Origin: Clostridiales bacterium | GTDB lineage: Bacteria; Bacillota; Clostridia; Oscillospirales; Acutalibacteraceae | DNA: 49,442 nucleotides | Assembly: GCA_019416395.1 (NCBI GenBank) | Contig: DXXH01000001.1 | Span: forward strand, 1-49,442 | Direction: 5' to 3' | In this document: piece after piece, positions 1-9,782 of the stretch | Layout: each line of letters opens with the position of its first letter | Numbering within the stretch: the first letter of the stretch is position 1 | Made by a program: the position numbers and the translations under genes | The notes under the pieces: model-generated | The model's input: only the letters and a program-made list of their open reading frames with translations | The model's database searches: none | Told to the model about the DNA's origin: nothing

Positions 1-132
1 TATCACAGCAACCCGGAAACTGTGACCGTTTCAGTCTTGCTAAAGGCTATTCCATGAGTAAAGGAAAACCAAAGCCCATTCACCGCTCGATTCCCACGAT
101 AGCGAAAGTCTCTCTCCTCGATACAACCCATA

Positions 133-178
133 AAAAACACCGAGCGCTGGGGTTTGAGGACCTTGCGCTCGGTGTTTT
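133..178. terminator. Strong hairpin, probable intrinsic terminator
   Basis: 14-bp perfect inverted repeat aaaacaccgagcgc / gcgctcggtgtttt with A/T tracts on both sides. Confidence 0.55.
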
Positions 179-191
179 CCAATAGAAAGAG

Positions 192-230
192 CAAAAGGGA
201 CACAGGCCAAATGGCTTTGTGTCCCTTTTG
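192..230 (-). terminator. Intrinsic terminator of the flotillin gene (bidirectional-type)
   Basis: caaaagggacaca / tgtgtcccttttg inverted repeat 12 nt after the flotillin stop. Confidence 0.8.
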
Positions 231-242
231 ATAATCTAGTTC

Positions 243-1763
243 TTATTCCTCTTTTTCAGGCTCTTGGGGAACCGGGGAGAGTTTAGAGGCTGCTGTTTCC
301 GTGGTGGGGGCTTCCGCTGGCGCGGATGGCTCCTGGCTGGTTGTTGCGGCCACCTTCCCGCCGATCATTCCGGAAAGTAGGGCTTTCACGTCGATGCCCA
401 TGCCCTGGGAGATTCCCTCGGTGATCTGGGTGGTTCCGTTGATAATGTCCTGCAGCAGCTTGGCGCTGTTGCCATCGCCATACATGGTGATCTTATCCAC
501 CTTGGAGAGGGGTTCGGCCACATTCTTGGCAATGGCAGGCAGGGCATTCATGACCATTTCAATGACCGCCGCCTGGCCGTATTTCTTCATGGCCTCAGCT
601 TTCTTGTCAATGCCCTCTGCCTCTGCCAGTGCCTTGGCCTGGATGGCCGCGGCCTCTGCCTTACCTACAGCGGAAATACCGGCAGCTTCCTGTTCCTTGG
701 CAAACCGGGCAGCCTCAGCCTGCTTTTTCACAGCTTCCGCCTCTTGTTCCTGCTCATACCGTTTGGCTTCCGCGTCCTTCTGGCGCTGGAACAGGGCGGC
801 CTGTGCCTCCTGCTCCTTCCGGTAGCGGTCGGCGTCCGCCTTGGCGCGGATCTCCGCGTCCAAGGCCTGCTTGGCCACTTCTACCTCTTGCTTTTTCAGC
901 TCAGCTTCCCGGGCTGTCTTGGCAATTTCCGCGTCCACTGTGGCGGTGCCGATGACCTTCTGCTGAGCCTGGTTCTGGATCTCGTAGGCGGCTTCCGCCT
1001 CAGCTCGCTTGGTATCGGCCGAGATCTTCAGCTCTGCCTTCTTGATTTCCAGCTCATTCTGCTTTTGAGCGATCTGGGTTTGGGATTCCACCTTGGCGTC
1101 GTTGGCAGCCTTGTCAGCGTTTGCTTGGGCGATGGCCACGTCCCGGTCAGCCTGGGCTTTGGCGATAGCGGCGTTCTTCTTGATGAGAGAAGTGTTCTCT
1201 GCGCCCAGATCCTGGATCAGGCCGTTTTCATCCTGTACATTCTGAATGTTGCAGGACAGGATCTCAATACCCAGCTTCTCCATGTCCCTGGAAGCCTTCT
1301 GCATCACCTGGTCGGAGAAGGAATCCCGATCGGTGTTGATCTTCTCCAGCGACAGAGTGCCGATAATTTCACGCATATTGCCCTGGAGAGAATCTTTCAG
1401 ATCCAGGGCGATGTCGTTGCCTTTCTTGTTCAGAAAGTTCTTAGCTGCCAGCCGGATGCCTTTTTCCTCCGGAGAGATACGAACCTTGGCCACGGCATCT
1501 ACGGAGACGTTGATAAAATCATTGGTGGGAACGGACTGTTCCGTCTTGATGTCCACCGTCATTTGGCCCAGGTACAATTTGTCCAGCCTCTCTAAGAAGG
1601 GGATACGGATGCCCGCCTGCCCAATCAGGATGCGGCTGTTTTTCCGCAGGCCAGAGATAATATATGCTTGATCCGGCGGGGCTTTGACGTAGCCCAGAAG
1701 CAAGATCACGATAATCACAAAGACCGGGATAATGATCGGGAGATAGTTCAACAGAAATTCCAT
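243..1763 (-). CDS. Flotillin-family (SPFH/band 7) membrane scaffold protein
   Basis: N-terminal TM helix, SPFH motifs (YVKAPPDQAYIISG, GNMREIIGTL, LGIEILSCNIQNVQD), long AEA/EA coiled coil, PLSKVDKITMY tail. ATG at 1763 follows a gcaggtg SD. Confidence 0.93.
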   Translation of the reverse strand: MEFLLNYLPIIIPVFVIIVILLLGYVKAPPDQAYIISGLRKNSRILIGQAGIRIPFLERLDKLYLGQMTVDIKTEQSVPTNDFINVSVDAVAKVRISPEEKGIRLAAKNFLNKKGNDIALDLKDSLQGNMREIIGTLSLEKINTDRDSFSDQVMQKASRDMEKLGIEILSCNIQNVQDENGLIQDLGAENTSLIKKNAAIAKAQADRDVAIAQANADKAANDAKVESQTQIAQKQNELEIKKAELKISADTKRAEAEAAYEIQNQAQQKVIGTATVDAEIAKTAREAELKKQEVEVAKQALDAEIRAKADADRYRKEQEAQAALFQRQKDAEAKRYEQEQEAEAVKKQAEAARFAKEQEAAGISAVGKAEAAAIQAKALAEAEGIDKKAEAMKKYGQAAVIEMVMNALPAIAKNVAEPLSKVDKITMYGDGNSAKLLQDIINGTTQITEGISQGMGIDVKALLSGMIGGKVAATTSQEPSAPAEAPTTETAASKLSPVPQEPEKEE

Positions 1764-1827
1764 CACATAACACCTGCTCTTTCTTTACTTATTTGGAAAA
1801 GACAATGTCATTGGGCACTTCATAATT

Positions 1828-2316
1828 TTAGGGAATTTTGCCCCCTTCCTGACGCAGTTTGTCCACGATCCGCTGAGCCGCTTCAACGGACTCCTGGAGC
1901 GCTTTCTGATTGCTTTCCTCCAGTTCTTGCAAATGGCCCGCCAAGTCCTCCTGCATGGAGAGCAATGCCTTGGTGGTCATTTGGAATTGGCCGGCGTCCT
2001 CTCCGTGGGAAAGCCGCCAGTCGAACCACACCCGGTAGCGCTTCCGCTCCTTGGGCAGCATATAAACCAAAAGGCCGTCCTGCTCTTTCCCGTGGGGATA
2101 ATAGGTGGGACCGTCCACCTGCATATCCCATTTCTCCGGGGCGGCGTAGTACAGAGCCATAATCTGCTCAAAAGTCAAGAGCAGGATCTCTCCATTTTGG
2201 GAACGCTCCCGCAAATACTTTGGCTCCTTTCGCAAGATGTGGATAGAAAGAAGGGCCAGGATCGCAGCAAGTGCCACACAACCCGCAAGAATACCAACCG
2301 TGACCTGTGTATTCAT
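1828..2316 (-). CDS. Hypothetical single-pass membrane protein with C-terminal coiled coil
   Basis: 162-aa ORF, strong SD (gggagggg), N-terminal hydrophobic helix, own promoter; no family recognised. Confidence 0.75.
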   Translation of the reverse strand: MNTQVTVGILAGCVALAAILALLSIHILRKEPKYLRERSQNGEILLLTFEQIMALYYAAPEKWDMQVDGPTYYPHGKEQDGLLVYMLPKERKRYRVWFDWRLSHGEDAGQFQMTTKALLSMQEDLAGHLQELEESNQKALQESVEAAQRIVDKLRQEGGKIP

Positions 2317-2347
2317 AATACCCCCTCCCTTATCCGAAACTATCCTC

Positions 2348-2376
2348 AGTATAGCGGAAATATGGGGTAATTACAA
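2348..2376 (-). promoter_or_regulatory. SigA-type promoter for the membrane protein-flotillin operon
   Basis: TTGTAA-17 nt-TATACT on the minus strand. Confidence 0.6.
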
Positions 2377-2567
2377 CACATAAAGAAGGATTTTTTGTTA
2401 ATTCTGTTGCAGAAAACCAAGCGCAAATTTTAATGAAAAACAGGTTAAACAAAAGCACATTGGGTTGCAGAAAACGCACAGCACCTTTCTCTCCGGCCTA
2501 ACAGGGTATGTGGCAGTCTTCCACCTTGTCCCCTTTCTAAGTAAAATATGGGCACCCTATTGATAAA

Positions 2568-2608
2568 GGAAAAGACGGAGCGATTCCTTCATGCGCTCCG
2601 TCTTTTTA
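2568..2608 (-). terminator. Intrinsic terminator downstream of guaA
   Basis: aaaagacggagcg / cgctccgtctttt inverted repeat. Confidence 0.75.
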
Positions 2609-2744
2609 CATGTTGTTTTCCTTTTTGGCAAGCCTACTACTCTGCCGCAAACACGTTAGCGTCCACCGTTCCAGCCTCAATGACCGGTCTGTGGTTTCTA
2701 CTCATCTGGTAGATACATTGGCGGTTTTGTATCAATTCTTAGGG

Positions 2745-4283
2745 TTACTCCCACTCAATGGTGGCCGGGGGCTTACTGGTGATGTCATACACCACTCGGT
2801 TGACGCCCTCTACTTCGTTGATAATGCGGTTGGAAGTACGTCCCAACAGCTCATAGGGCAAGTGAGCCCAATCGGCAGTCATAAAATCCGTGGTGGTCAC
2901 GGCCCGCAAGGCTATGGTGACCCCGTAAGTCCGGCCGTCACCCATCACACCTACACTGCGGTTTGCGGTAAGCACAGCAAAATACTGGTTCACACTGCGT
3001 TCCAAACCCGCTTTTGCAACCTCCTCCCGGAAAATCGCATCGGCATTTTGCAGCAGCGTCACCTTTTCCTCGGTGATCTCACCCATAATGCGCACTGCCA
3101 AGCCAGGTCCTGGGAAAGGCTGTCTCCAGACCAGGTCCGCCGGAATTCCCAGCTCGATACCAACCCGCCGGACTTCATCTTTGAACAAATCCCGCAAGGG
3201 TTCTACCAGGCCTTCAAACCCGATATCTTTCGGCAAACCACCCACATTGTGATGGCTCTTAATCACGGCCGCTTCGCCTGTTCCACTCTCTACCACGTCG
3301 GGATAAATGGTGCCCTGGCACAGGAACTCCATCTTGCCCAGCTTTTGGGATTCCGCTTCAAATACTCGGATAAACTCTTCCCCAATAATCTTACGCTTCC
3401 GCTCCGGGTCGGTAACACCTTTCAGCTTCTCCAAAAAACGATCCTTCACGTTGACACGGATAATGTTCATGTCAAACTCTTTTTGGAACACCTTTTCCAC
3501 GATGTCCCCTTCGTCTTTCCGCAGCAGACCATGATCCACAAAAATACAGGTCAGATTCTTGCCAATGGCCTTGTGCACCAGCATAGCCGCCACAGAGGAA
3601 TCCACCCCGCCGGACAAGCCGCAAAGCACTTTCTTATTCCCGATCTTTTTCTTCAACGCAGCAATGGTTTCCTGGGCAAAGGAGGCCATTTCCCAATCCC
3701 CTGCGCAGTTACAGATATTGTACAAAAAGTTCCGGAACATCTCATTGCCCTGCTGGGTATGCTCCACTTCTGGGTGGAACTGCACCGCATACAGTTTCCG
3801 CTCCTGGTTCTCCATGGCCGCTACTGGGCAGTGGGCGCTCCAGGCGGAAGCGGTAAAGCCTTCCGGCAACTGGGAAATATAGTCGTTATGGCTCATCCAG
3901 CAAACGCTCTCCCCCACATTTTGGAACAAGGGAGATTCCGCGGAAAACTGGGTCATGGTTTTGCCAAATTCCGGAACTTCACTGGAAGACACCACGCCCC
4001 CCAGCAAATAGGCCATGGCCTGGGCACCATAACAAATCCCCAGCACAGGGATCCCCAACTCAAATACCTGCTTGGAGCACAAGGGAGCGTCCTCTGCATA
4101 CACGCTGTTGGGACCACCTGTGAAAAGGATCCCTTTGCAGTCCCGTAGGGTTTCCGGATCGGTTTTATAACTTTTGATCTCGCAATAAACCCCCAGGTCC
4201 CGGACCCGGCGGGCAATCAACTGGGCGTACTGGCCACCGAAGTCCAGCACCACTACCCGTTCATGCTGCGCGGTGTGTTCCAT
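2745..4283 (-). CDS. guaA: GMP synthase (glutamine-hydrolysing)
   Basis: [50 protein letters not shown] motifs. Confidence 0.98.
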   Translation of the reverse strand: MEHTAQHERVVVLDFGGQYAQLIARRVRDLGVYCEIKSYKTDPETLRDCKGILFTGGPNSVYAEDAPLCSKQVFELGIPVLGICYGAQAMAYLLGGVVSSSEVPEFGKTMTQFSAESPLFQNVGESVCWMSHNDYISQLPEGFTASAWSAHCPVAAMENQERKLYAVQFHPEVEHTQQGNEMFRNFLYNICNCAGDWEMASFAQETIAALKKKIGNKKVLCGLSGGVDSSVAAMLVHKAIGKNLTCIFVDHGLLRKDEGDIVEKVFQKEFDMNIIRVNVKDRFLEKLKGVTDPERKRKIIGEEFIRVFEAESQKLGKMEFLCQGTIYPDVVESGTGEAAVIKSHHNVGGLPKDIGFEGLVEPLRDLFKDEVRRVGIELGIPADLVWRQPFPGPGLAVRIMGEITEEKVTLLQNADAIFREEVAKAGLERSVNQYFAVLTANRSVGVMGDGRTYGVTIALRAVTTTDFMTADWAHLPYELLGRTSNRIINEVEGVNRVVYDITSKPPATIEWE

Positions 4284-4320
4284 ATCAATCCCATTCCTTT
4301 CGCTTCTTTCTTATTTGAGG

Positions 4321-4821
4321 TTATTCTAGCATATCCTGGCTATTTCCGCAAGGGCGGCAAACCTCTTTGGGCCGCCTCTCCATTTTGACAACATACTCTG
4401 TAGTTCCCTCTTCCAGTCGGCGGTCTGGCGTCAAAGAAAAACCATGGGACTGATAAAACGCGATGGCCCGCTGGTTTTTCTCCAACACAAACAAATACGT
4501 GACTCCGCAGCTGTCAATGGCGAACTGGATCAGTTCCCCACCGATTCCCTGGCTTTGGAAAAAGGTGTCCACATACAATTCCCTCAGTTCCCGGCCTTCT
4601 ACATGAACCATGCCCTTGACGAATCCGTCCTCATACACCCAGATCTTTTCCAGTTCCTCTGGATGAGCCAAATACTCCTGGGCCAAGGGCAACACCTGCA
4701 TTTCCCCAAAGGAAACTTGATCGTTTTGAAAAATCCGTCGGTAATTTACCCGTTTGGTGAAAATCAGAATTTCCGCCAGCCGGGAAACATCTCCGATTGC
4801 CGCTTTCCGTATGATTCCCAT
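4321..4821 (-). CDS. GNAT family N-acetyltransferase
   Basis: LYVDTFFQSQGIGGEL (acetyl-CoA motif A) and NQRAIAFYQSHGF (motif B). Confidence 0.88.
   Translation of the reverse strand: MGIIRKAAIGDVSRLAEILIFTKRVNYRRIFQNDQVSFGEMQVLPLAQEYLAHPEELEKIWVYEDGFVKGMVHVEGRELRELYVDTFFQSQGIGGELIQFAIDSCGVTYLFVLEKNQRAIAFYQSHGFSLTPDRRLEEGTTEYVVKMERRPKEVCRPCGNSQDMLE
4323..4351 (-). promoter_or_regulatory. Probable guaA promoter inside the GNAT 3' end
   Basis: TTGCGG-17 nt-TAGAAT with extended TG, about 40 nt before the guaA ATG. Confidence 0.6.
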
Positions 4822-4945
4822 AAGATCCCCCCAAGAGCTTCCCCATATTTTTCCAAGCTACACCAACTCTAAAGCGCTGCCACAGGAATCCCGAAAAAGA
4901 AAAGCCCGGTCGCCCGAGCTCTTCCAAGGAACCCCGTTCCTCGCT

Positions 4946-6775
4946 TTATTCCACCGTCACCGACTTGGCCAAGTTCCGGGGTTTGTCAATGTCGCAGCCC
5001 TTCATAGACGCCACATAATAGGCGAACAGCTGTAAGGGCAGAATGGACAGGGAAGGCAGCATGAAATCGGTGATCTTGGGCACGCAGAACTGGTAATCCG
5101 TTTCCTGGGCCAGCGCGTCCTCTTTCCCACGGACTGTGATCCCCAGTACCACCGCTCCCCGGGCTTTCACTTCCCGGACATTGGACATCATCTTGTCGAA
5201 CAGTTTCTGATAAGTGGCAATGGCAATCACCAGCGTCCCGTCCTCAATCAGGGATATGGGACCGTGCTTCAGTTCGCCACCCGTATACGCTTCGGAATGG
5301 ATATAGGAAATCTCCTTCAGCTTTAGGGAAGCTTCCAAAGACGCCGCGTAATCCACATTCCGGCCAATAAAATACATGTCCTTGGCGTTAAAATACTGGG
5401 AAGCGACATACTGAATGGTCTTTTTATCCGCCAAGCTGGCTTCCGCCAAATCCGGCAGCCGCTGCAAATCGTCAATATACCGGTCCAGTTCCGCCTGGGG
5501 TACTTCTCCCAGCTGTTCCGCCATATACAGGGCGATCATGTAGATCACTGCCAGCTGGGTGCTATAGGCCTTGGTAGAAGCCACGGCGATTTCCGGGCCC
5601 GCCCAGGTATACAGCACGTCGTCGGACTCATTAGCAATGGTGCTGCCCACCACATTGACAATGGAAAGCACCCGACACCCGCGCTCTTTGGCCATACGCA
5701 GAGCCGCCAGGGTATCCGCTGTTTCCCCGGACTGGCTGATGATGATCACCAGGGTCTTGTCGTCCAGAATGGGGTCACGGTACCGGAACTCGGAAGCCAC
5801 GTCCACTTCCAGGGGGATTTTCAGCAACCGCTCAAAGGCGTATTTTGCCACCACACCCACGTGATAGGAAGTGCCGCAAGCCACAATAAACACCTTGTGA
5901 ATGTCCCGGATCTGCTCCGCGGTCAGGGTGATGTCGTCCAATACGATCCGGCCGTCCCGGATCCGGGGAGAAATGGTTTTCCGCAAAGCTTCCGGCTGCT
6001 CGCAGATTTCCTTCATCATGAAGTGCTCGTAGCCGCCCTTCTCCGCCGCGGTGATGTCCCACTGAATCCGCTCGGGCTCTTTTTGGATGCTCTCCCGGTC
6101 CTGGTTGTAAAACTCAATGGAATCCCGGGTCAGCACAGCGATCTCCTGATCCTTCAGCCGGTAAATATCCCGGGTACGGGACAGGATCGCCGGCACGTCG
6201 GAAGCGATGTAATTCTCCCCCTTGCCAATGCCGATAATCAACGGGCTGTCCTTGCGCACGGCGAAAATCTTATCCGGACAATCTGCACAGATAATGCCCA
6301 GGGCATAGCTGCCTTCCACCCGGTCAATCACTTGAATGATGGAGTCCAGCACGTCGCCTTTATAATAATATTCCAGCATCTGGGCCACCACTTCCGTATC
6401 CGTGTCGGACACGAATTCCACCCCACGGCGGATCAAGTGGTTTTTCAAATACAGGTAATTCTCAATAATACCGTTATGCACCACGGCGAATTTTCCCCCA
6501 TCGCTGACCTGGGGGTGGGAGTTTACGTCCGAAGGGGCTCCATGAGTCGCCCACCGGGTATGGCCAATTCCCACCGTGCCCGGCAGGTTTTTGCCCCCTT
6601 CCAGAATGCCGTCCAGCACGCTTAAACGTCCTTTGGACTTTACCACGTGCATTCCCGTATCGTTATAAATCGCCACACCGGCGGAATCGTATCCCCGGTA
6701 TTCCAGCTTTTGCAGGCCGTTTAACAAAATCGGGGCCGCCTGCTCCTCACCGATATATCCCACAATACCACACAT
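4946..6775 (-). CDS. glmS: Glutamine--fructose-6-phosphate aminotransferase
   Basis: MCGIVG start, LEYRGYDSAG, GHTRWATHG, SQSGETADT, PRNLAKSVTVE. Confidence 0.98.
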   Translation of the reverse strand: MCGIVGYIGEEQAAPILLNGLQKLEYRGYDSAGVAIYNDTGMHVVKSKGRLSVLDGILEGGKNLPGTVGIGHTRWATHGAPSDVNSHPQVSDGGKFAVVHNGIIENYLYLKNHLIRRGVEFVSDTDTEVVAQMLEYYYKGDVLDSIIQVIDRVEGSYALGIICADCPDKIFAVRKDSPLIIGIGKGENYIASDVPAILSRTRDIYRLKDQEIAVLTRDSIEFYNQDRESIQKEPERIQWDITAAEKGGYEHFMMKEICEQPEALRKTISPRIRDGRIVLDDITLTAEQIRDIHKVFIVACGTSYHVGVVAKYAFERLLKIPLEVDVASEFRYRDPILDDKTLVIIISQSGETADTLAALRMAKERGCRVLSIVNVVGSTIANESDDVLYTWAGPEIAVASTKAYSTQLAVIYMIALYMAEQLGEVPQAELDRYIDDLQRLPDLAEASLADKKTIQYVASQYFNAKDMYFIGRNVDYAASLEASLKLKEISYIHSEAYTGGELKHGPISLIEDGTLVIAIATYQKLFDKMMSNVREVKARGAVVLGITVRGKEDALAQETDYQFCVPKITDFMLPSLSILPLQLFAYYVASMKGCDIDKPRNLAKSVTVE

Positions 6776-6860
6776 CGCGCTTTACGCTCCTTTCTTCGCC
6801 TGGGATCTCCTATGCGAAAAAACCATTCTATTCCTAGCATAGGAAGGCTTTAAGTAAAAT

Positions 6861-6889
6861 ATGCGCCCACTTTGGGAAAGTAGGCGCAT
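6861..6889 (-). terminator. Terminator after purA
   Basis: atgcgcctacttt-ccc-aaagtgggcgcat hairpin followed by atttt on the minus strand. Confidence 0.6.
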
Positions 6890-6895
6890 TCCCTT

Positions 6896-8176
6896 TTACC
6901 GATAAATGATGTCGTCTCGGGCAGGCCCATTGGAAACCATGGTAATGGGCACGCCGATGTGCTTCTCAGCGAATTCCACGTACTTCCGTGCGTTTTCCGG
7001 CAGATCCTCATACTTCTTGATACCACCGATATCGCACTTCCAGCCGGGAAGCACTTCCAAAATAGGTTTGCAACGCTTCAGCTGGGCCGTGGGCGGGAAG
7101 GAATCGATCCGCTTGCCGTCCAATTCATAGCCCACGCACACCGGGATCTCGTCCAGATATCCCAGAGCGTCCAGCACGGTGAAGGCCACCGCAGTGGCTC
7201 CCTGCACCATGCAGCCATACCGGGCTGCCACCAGATCCAGCCAGCCCATTCTCCGGGGACGTCCGGTGGTGGCGCCATACTCGCCGCCGTCGCCGCCCCG
7301 GCGCCGGAGCTCCTCGGCCTCATCGCCGAAAATCTCGCTGACAAACTCGCCTGCGCCTACTGCGCTGGAATAGGCCTTCACCACAGTGACAATCTCCTGA
7401 ATGGCGTAGGGCGGAATGCCGCCGGCGCCTACAGAACCGTATCCGGCCAAAGGCGAAGAAGAGGTCACCATGGGATAGATACCCATGTCCGGATCCTTCA
7501 AAGAACCCAGCTGGCCTTCCAGCAGAATGGTCTTGCCCTCTTTCACCGCGTTGTGCAGCAGAGTGGTGGTATCCGCCACGTAAGGGGCAAGGGCTTCCTT
7601 ATATTCCATCAGCTTCTCATAGACCTCTTCCCGGTCCAGAGGCTTCTGATGGTAAAGCTCTGTGTACAGCACATTCTTCAAGCCCAGCACATGGTCCACC
7701 CGTTCCATGATGGAATCCTTGTCGTCAAACAGGTCGCTGACCTGGAAGCCGATCTTGGCGTATTTGTCGGAATAGAAGGGGGCGATACCCGATTTGGTGG
7801 AGCCAAAAGACTTAGCCGCAAGCCGGGCTTCCTCCATGCCGTCCAGCTCTTTGTGGTAGGGCATCACCACCTGGCAGCGGTTGGAAATGAGCAGCTGGGG
7901 CTTGGGAACCCCACGCTCAATCACAGAGTTCAGCTCGTTGATGAAGTTCTCCACCGACAGGGCCACGCCGTTGCCGATCACATTGATGATGTTGGAACGG
8001 AACACGCCGGACGGCAGCTGGTGCAGGGCAAATTTACCATACTCATTGATGATGGTGTGGCCAGCGTTGCTGCCCCCCTGAAACCGCACCACAATGTCGG
8101 AATCTTCCGCCAGCACGTCCGTGATCTTACCCTTGCCCTCGTCGCCCCAGCAGGCGCCTACAATCGCTTTAACCAT
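6896..8176 (-). CDS. purA: Adenylosuccinate synthetase
   Basis: WGDEGKGK, RFQGGSNAGHT, EYGATTGRPRRMGW. Confidence 0.97.
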   Translation of the reverse strand: MVKAIVGACWGDEGKGKITDVLAEDSDIVVRFQGGSNAGHTIINEYGKFALHQLPSGVFRSNIINVIGNGVALSVENFINELNSVIERGVPKPQLLISNRCQVVMPYHKELDGMEEARLAAKSFGSTKSGIAPFYSDKYAKIGFQVSDLFDDKDSIMERVDHVLGLKNVLYTELYHQKPLDREEVYEKLMEYKEALAPYVADTTTLLHNAVKEGKTILLEGQLGSLKDPDMGIYPMVTSSSPLAGYGSVGAGGIPPYAIQEIVTVVKAYSSAVGAGEFVSEIFGDEAEELRRRGGDGGEYGATTGRPRRMGWLDLVAARYGCMVQGATAVAFTVLDALGYLDEIPVCVGYELDGKRIDSFPPTAQLKRCKPILEVLPGWKCDIGGIKKYEDLPENARKYVEFAEKHIGVPITMVSNGPARDDIIYR

Positions 8177-8241
8177 AACACTTCAAGCCTTTCTGATTTT
8201 CATTCAGTTCTGGGGGCTTCCCCCCTATTCCTATGCGGCGG

Positions 8242-9675
8242 TTACACGGTAATTTCCGCTTTTTCCTCCGCGACGAACGTGTATTTCTCCAGCACCGGGC
8301 CAACCACTTCCGACAGGAACTGAGAAGTCTGCACCGGCGCACGGCCCACATATTTCTCCGGCTTCACAATGTCGTGGAGCTCTTCCAGGGTCACGCCAAA
8401 AATGGGGTCCCCGGCGATGCGGGACAGCAGGTCGTTTTCCCCTCCCTGCTCCTTCACCACCCGGGCAGCTTCCATGGAATGGACCCGGATCCGCTCGTGA
8501 AGTTCCTGACGGTTCCCGCCCCGCTTCACAGCGTCCATCATAATATTCTCCGTAGCCATAAAGGGCAGCTCCCGGAGCATGTGCTGGCGGATCACTTTGG
8601 GATATACCACCAAGCCGTCCGCCACGTTGTTGTACAAATTCAAAATGCCGTCCACTGCCAGGAACGCTTCCGGAATGCTGATACGCTTGTTGGCGGAATC
8701 GTCCAGGGTACGCTCAAACCACTGGGCGGCCATGGTCATGGCCGGGTTCACCGCGTCGGCGATCACGTACCGGGCCAGAGAGGCGATCCGCTCGCTGCGC
8801 ATGGGATTGCGCTTGTAGGCCATGGCGGAAGATCCGATCTGTCCCTTCTCAAAGGGCTCCTCCACCTCTTTCAGGTGCTGCAGCAGCCGGATATCGTTGG
8901 AGAACTTGGCAGCGCTCTGGGCAATGCCGGAAAGGATATTCAGCATCTGGCTGTCCAGCTTCCGGGAATAGGTCTGGCCCGAAACCGGGAAGCACGCTTT
9001 GTAACCCATCTTCTGGGCAATTTTCCGGTCCAGCTCCCGGCACTTTTCATGGTCTCCCTCAAACAGCTCCAAGAAGCTGGCCTGGGTACCGGTGGTTCCC
9101 TTGGAACCCAACAGTTTCGCTTTGGAAAGCTGGTACTCCACATCTTCCAGATCCATCAGCAGATCCTGAATCCACAGGGTAGCCCGCTTGCCAACCGTGG
9201 TGGGCTGGGCAGGCTGGAAATGGGTGAAGGCCAGGGTGGGCAGGTCTTTGTATTCCTCAGCGAAATGGGAAAGCACCCGGATCACCCCAACAATCTTGTT
9301 GCGGATCAGCTTCAGCGCTTCGGTCATCACAATGATATCCGTATTGTCCCCCACATAGCAGGAAGTCGCTCCCAAGTGGATAATGCCCGCCGCCTTGGGG
9401 CACTGCTGGCCGTAAGCATACACGTGGCTCATCACGTCGTGGCGCACGATCTTTTCCCGCTCCTGGGCCACTTCGTAATTGATATCATCCGCGTGGGCTC
9501 TCAGCTCGTCGATCTGCTCCTGGGTAACAGGCAGGCCCAGCTCCATCTCTGTCTCCGCCAGGGCAATCCAAAGTTTCCGCCAGGTGCGGAATTTCATGTC
9601 CGGGGAAAACAGGTATTTCATTTCCTTATCCGCGTAACGGGCGGACAAGGGGGATTCGTACACATCTCTCGCCAT
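8242..9675 (-). CDS. purB: Adenylosuccinate lyase
   Basis: SSAMAYKRNPMRSE signature, RHDVMSH, FTHFQPAQPTT. Start moved to ATG 9675 after the gaaagg SD. Confidence 0.97.
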   Translation of the reverse strand: MARDVYESPLSARYADKEMKYLFSPDMKFRTWRKLWIALAETEMELGLPVTQEQIDELRAHADDINYEVAQEREKIVRHDVMSHVYAYGQQCPKAAGIIHLGATSCYVGDNTDIIVMTEALKLIRNKIVGVIRVLSHFAEEYKDLPTLAFTHFQPAQPTTVGKRATLWIQDLLMDLEDVEYQLSKAKLLGSKGTTGTQASFLELFEGDHEKCRELDRKIAQKMGYKACFPVSGQTYSRKLDSQMLNILSGIAQSAAKFSNDIRLLQHLKEVEEPFEKGQIGSSAMAYKRNPMRSERIASLARYVIADAVNPAMTMAAQWFERTLDDSANKRISIPEAFLAVDGILNLYNNVADGLVVYPKVIRQHMLRELPFMATENIMMDAVKRGGNRQELHERIRVHSMEAARVVKEQGGENDLLSRIAGDPIFGVTLEELHDIVKPEKYVGRAPVQTSQFLSEVVGPVLEKYTFVAEEKAEITV

Positions 9676-9782
9676 GTTCCAGACCAAACCTTTCTTCTCA
9701 AAATGAATTCCCGATAAAAACACAAGAGAGTCCCGGGGGACGGGCGCATGGCCCTCCCCGCGGGACCCAACTGTCTCGTTGC

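Noticed and set aside
88..104. Weak resemblance (gctatcgtgggaat, minus strand) to the guaA 3' end, a possible att duplication
   Set aside because: The match is short and gapped, and there is no integrase in the window
3..203. 66-aa minus-strand ORF at the window edge
   Set aside because: It runs through two terminator hairpins, has no SD and no recognisable motif
600..1200. Repetitive gcc/ctt-rich DNA in the flotillin gene
   Set aside because: Explained by the Ala/Glu/Lys coiled-coil; it is not a DNA repeat array
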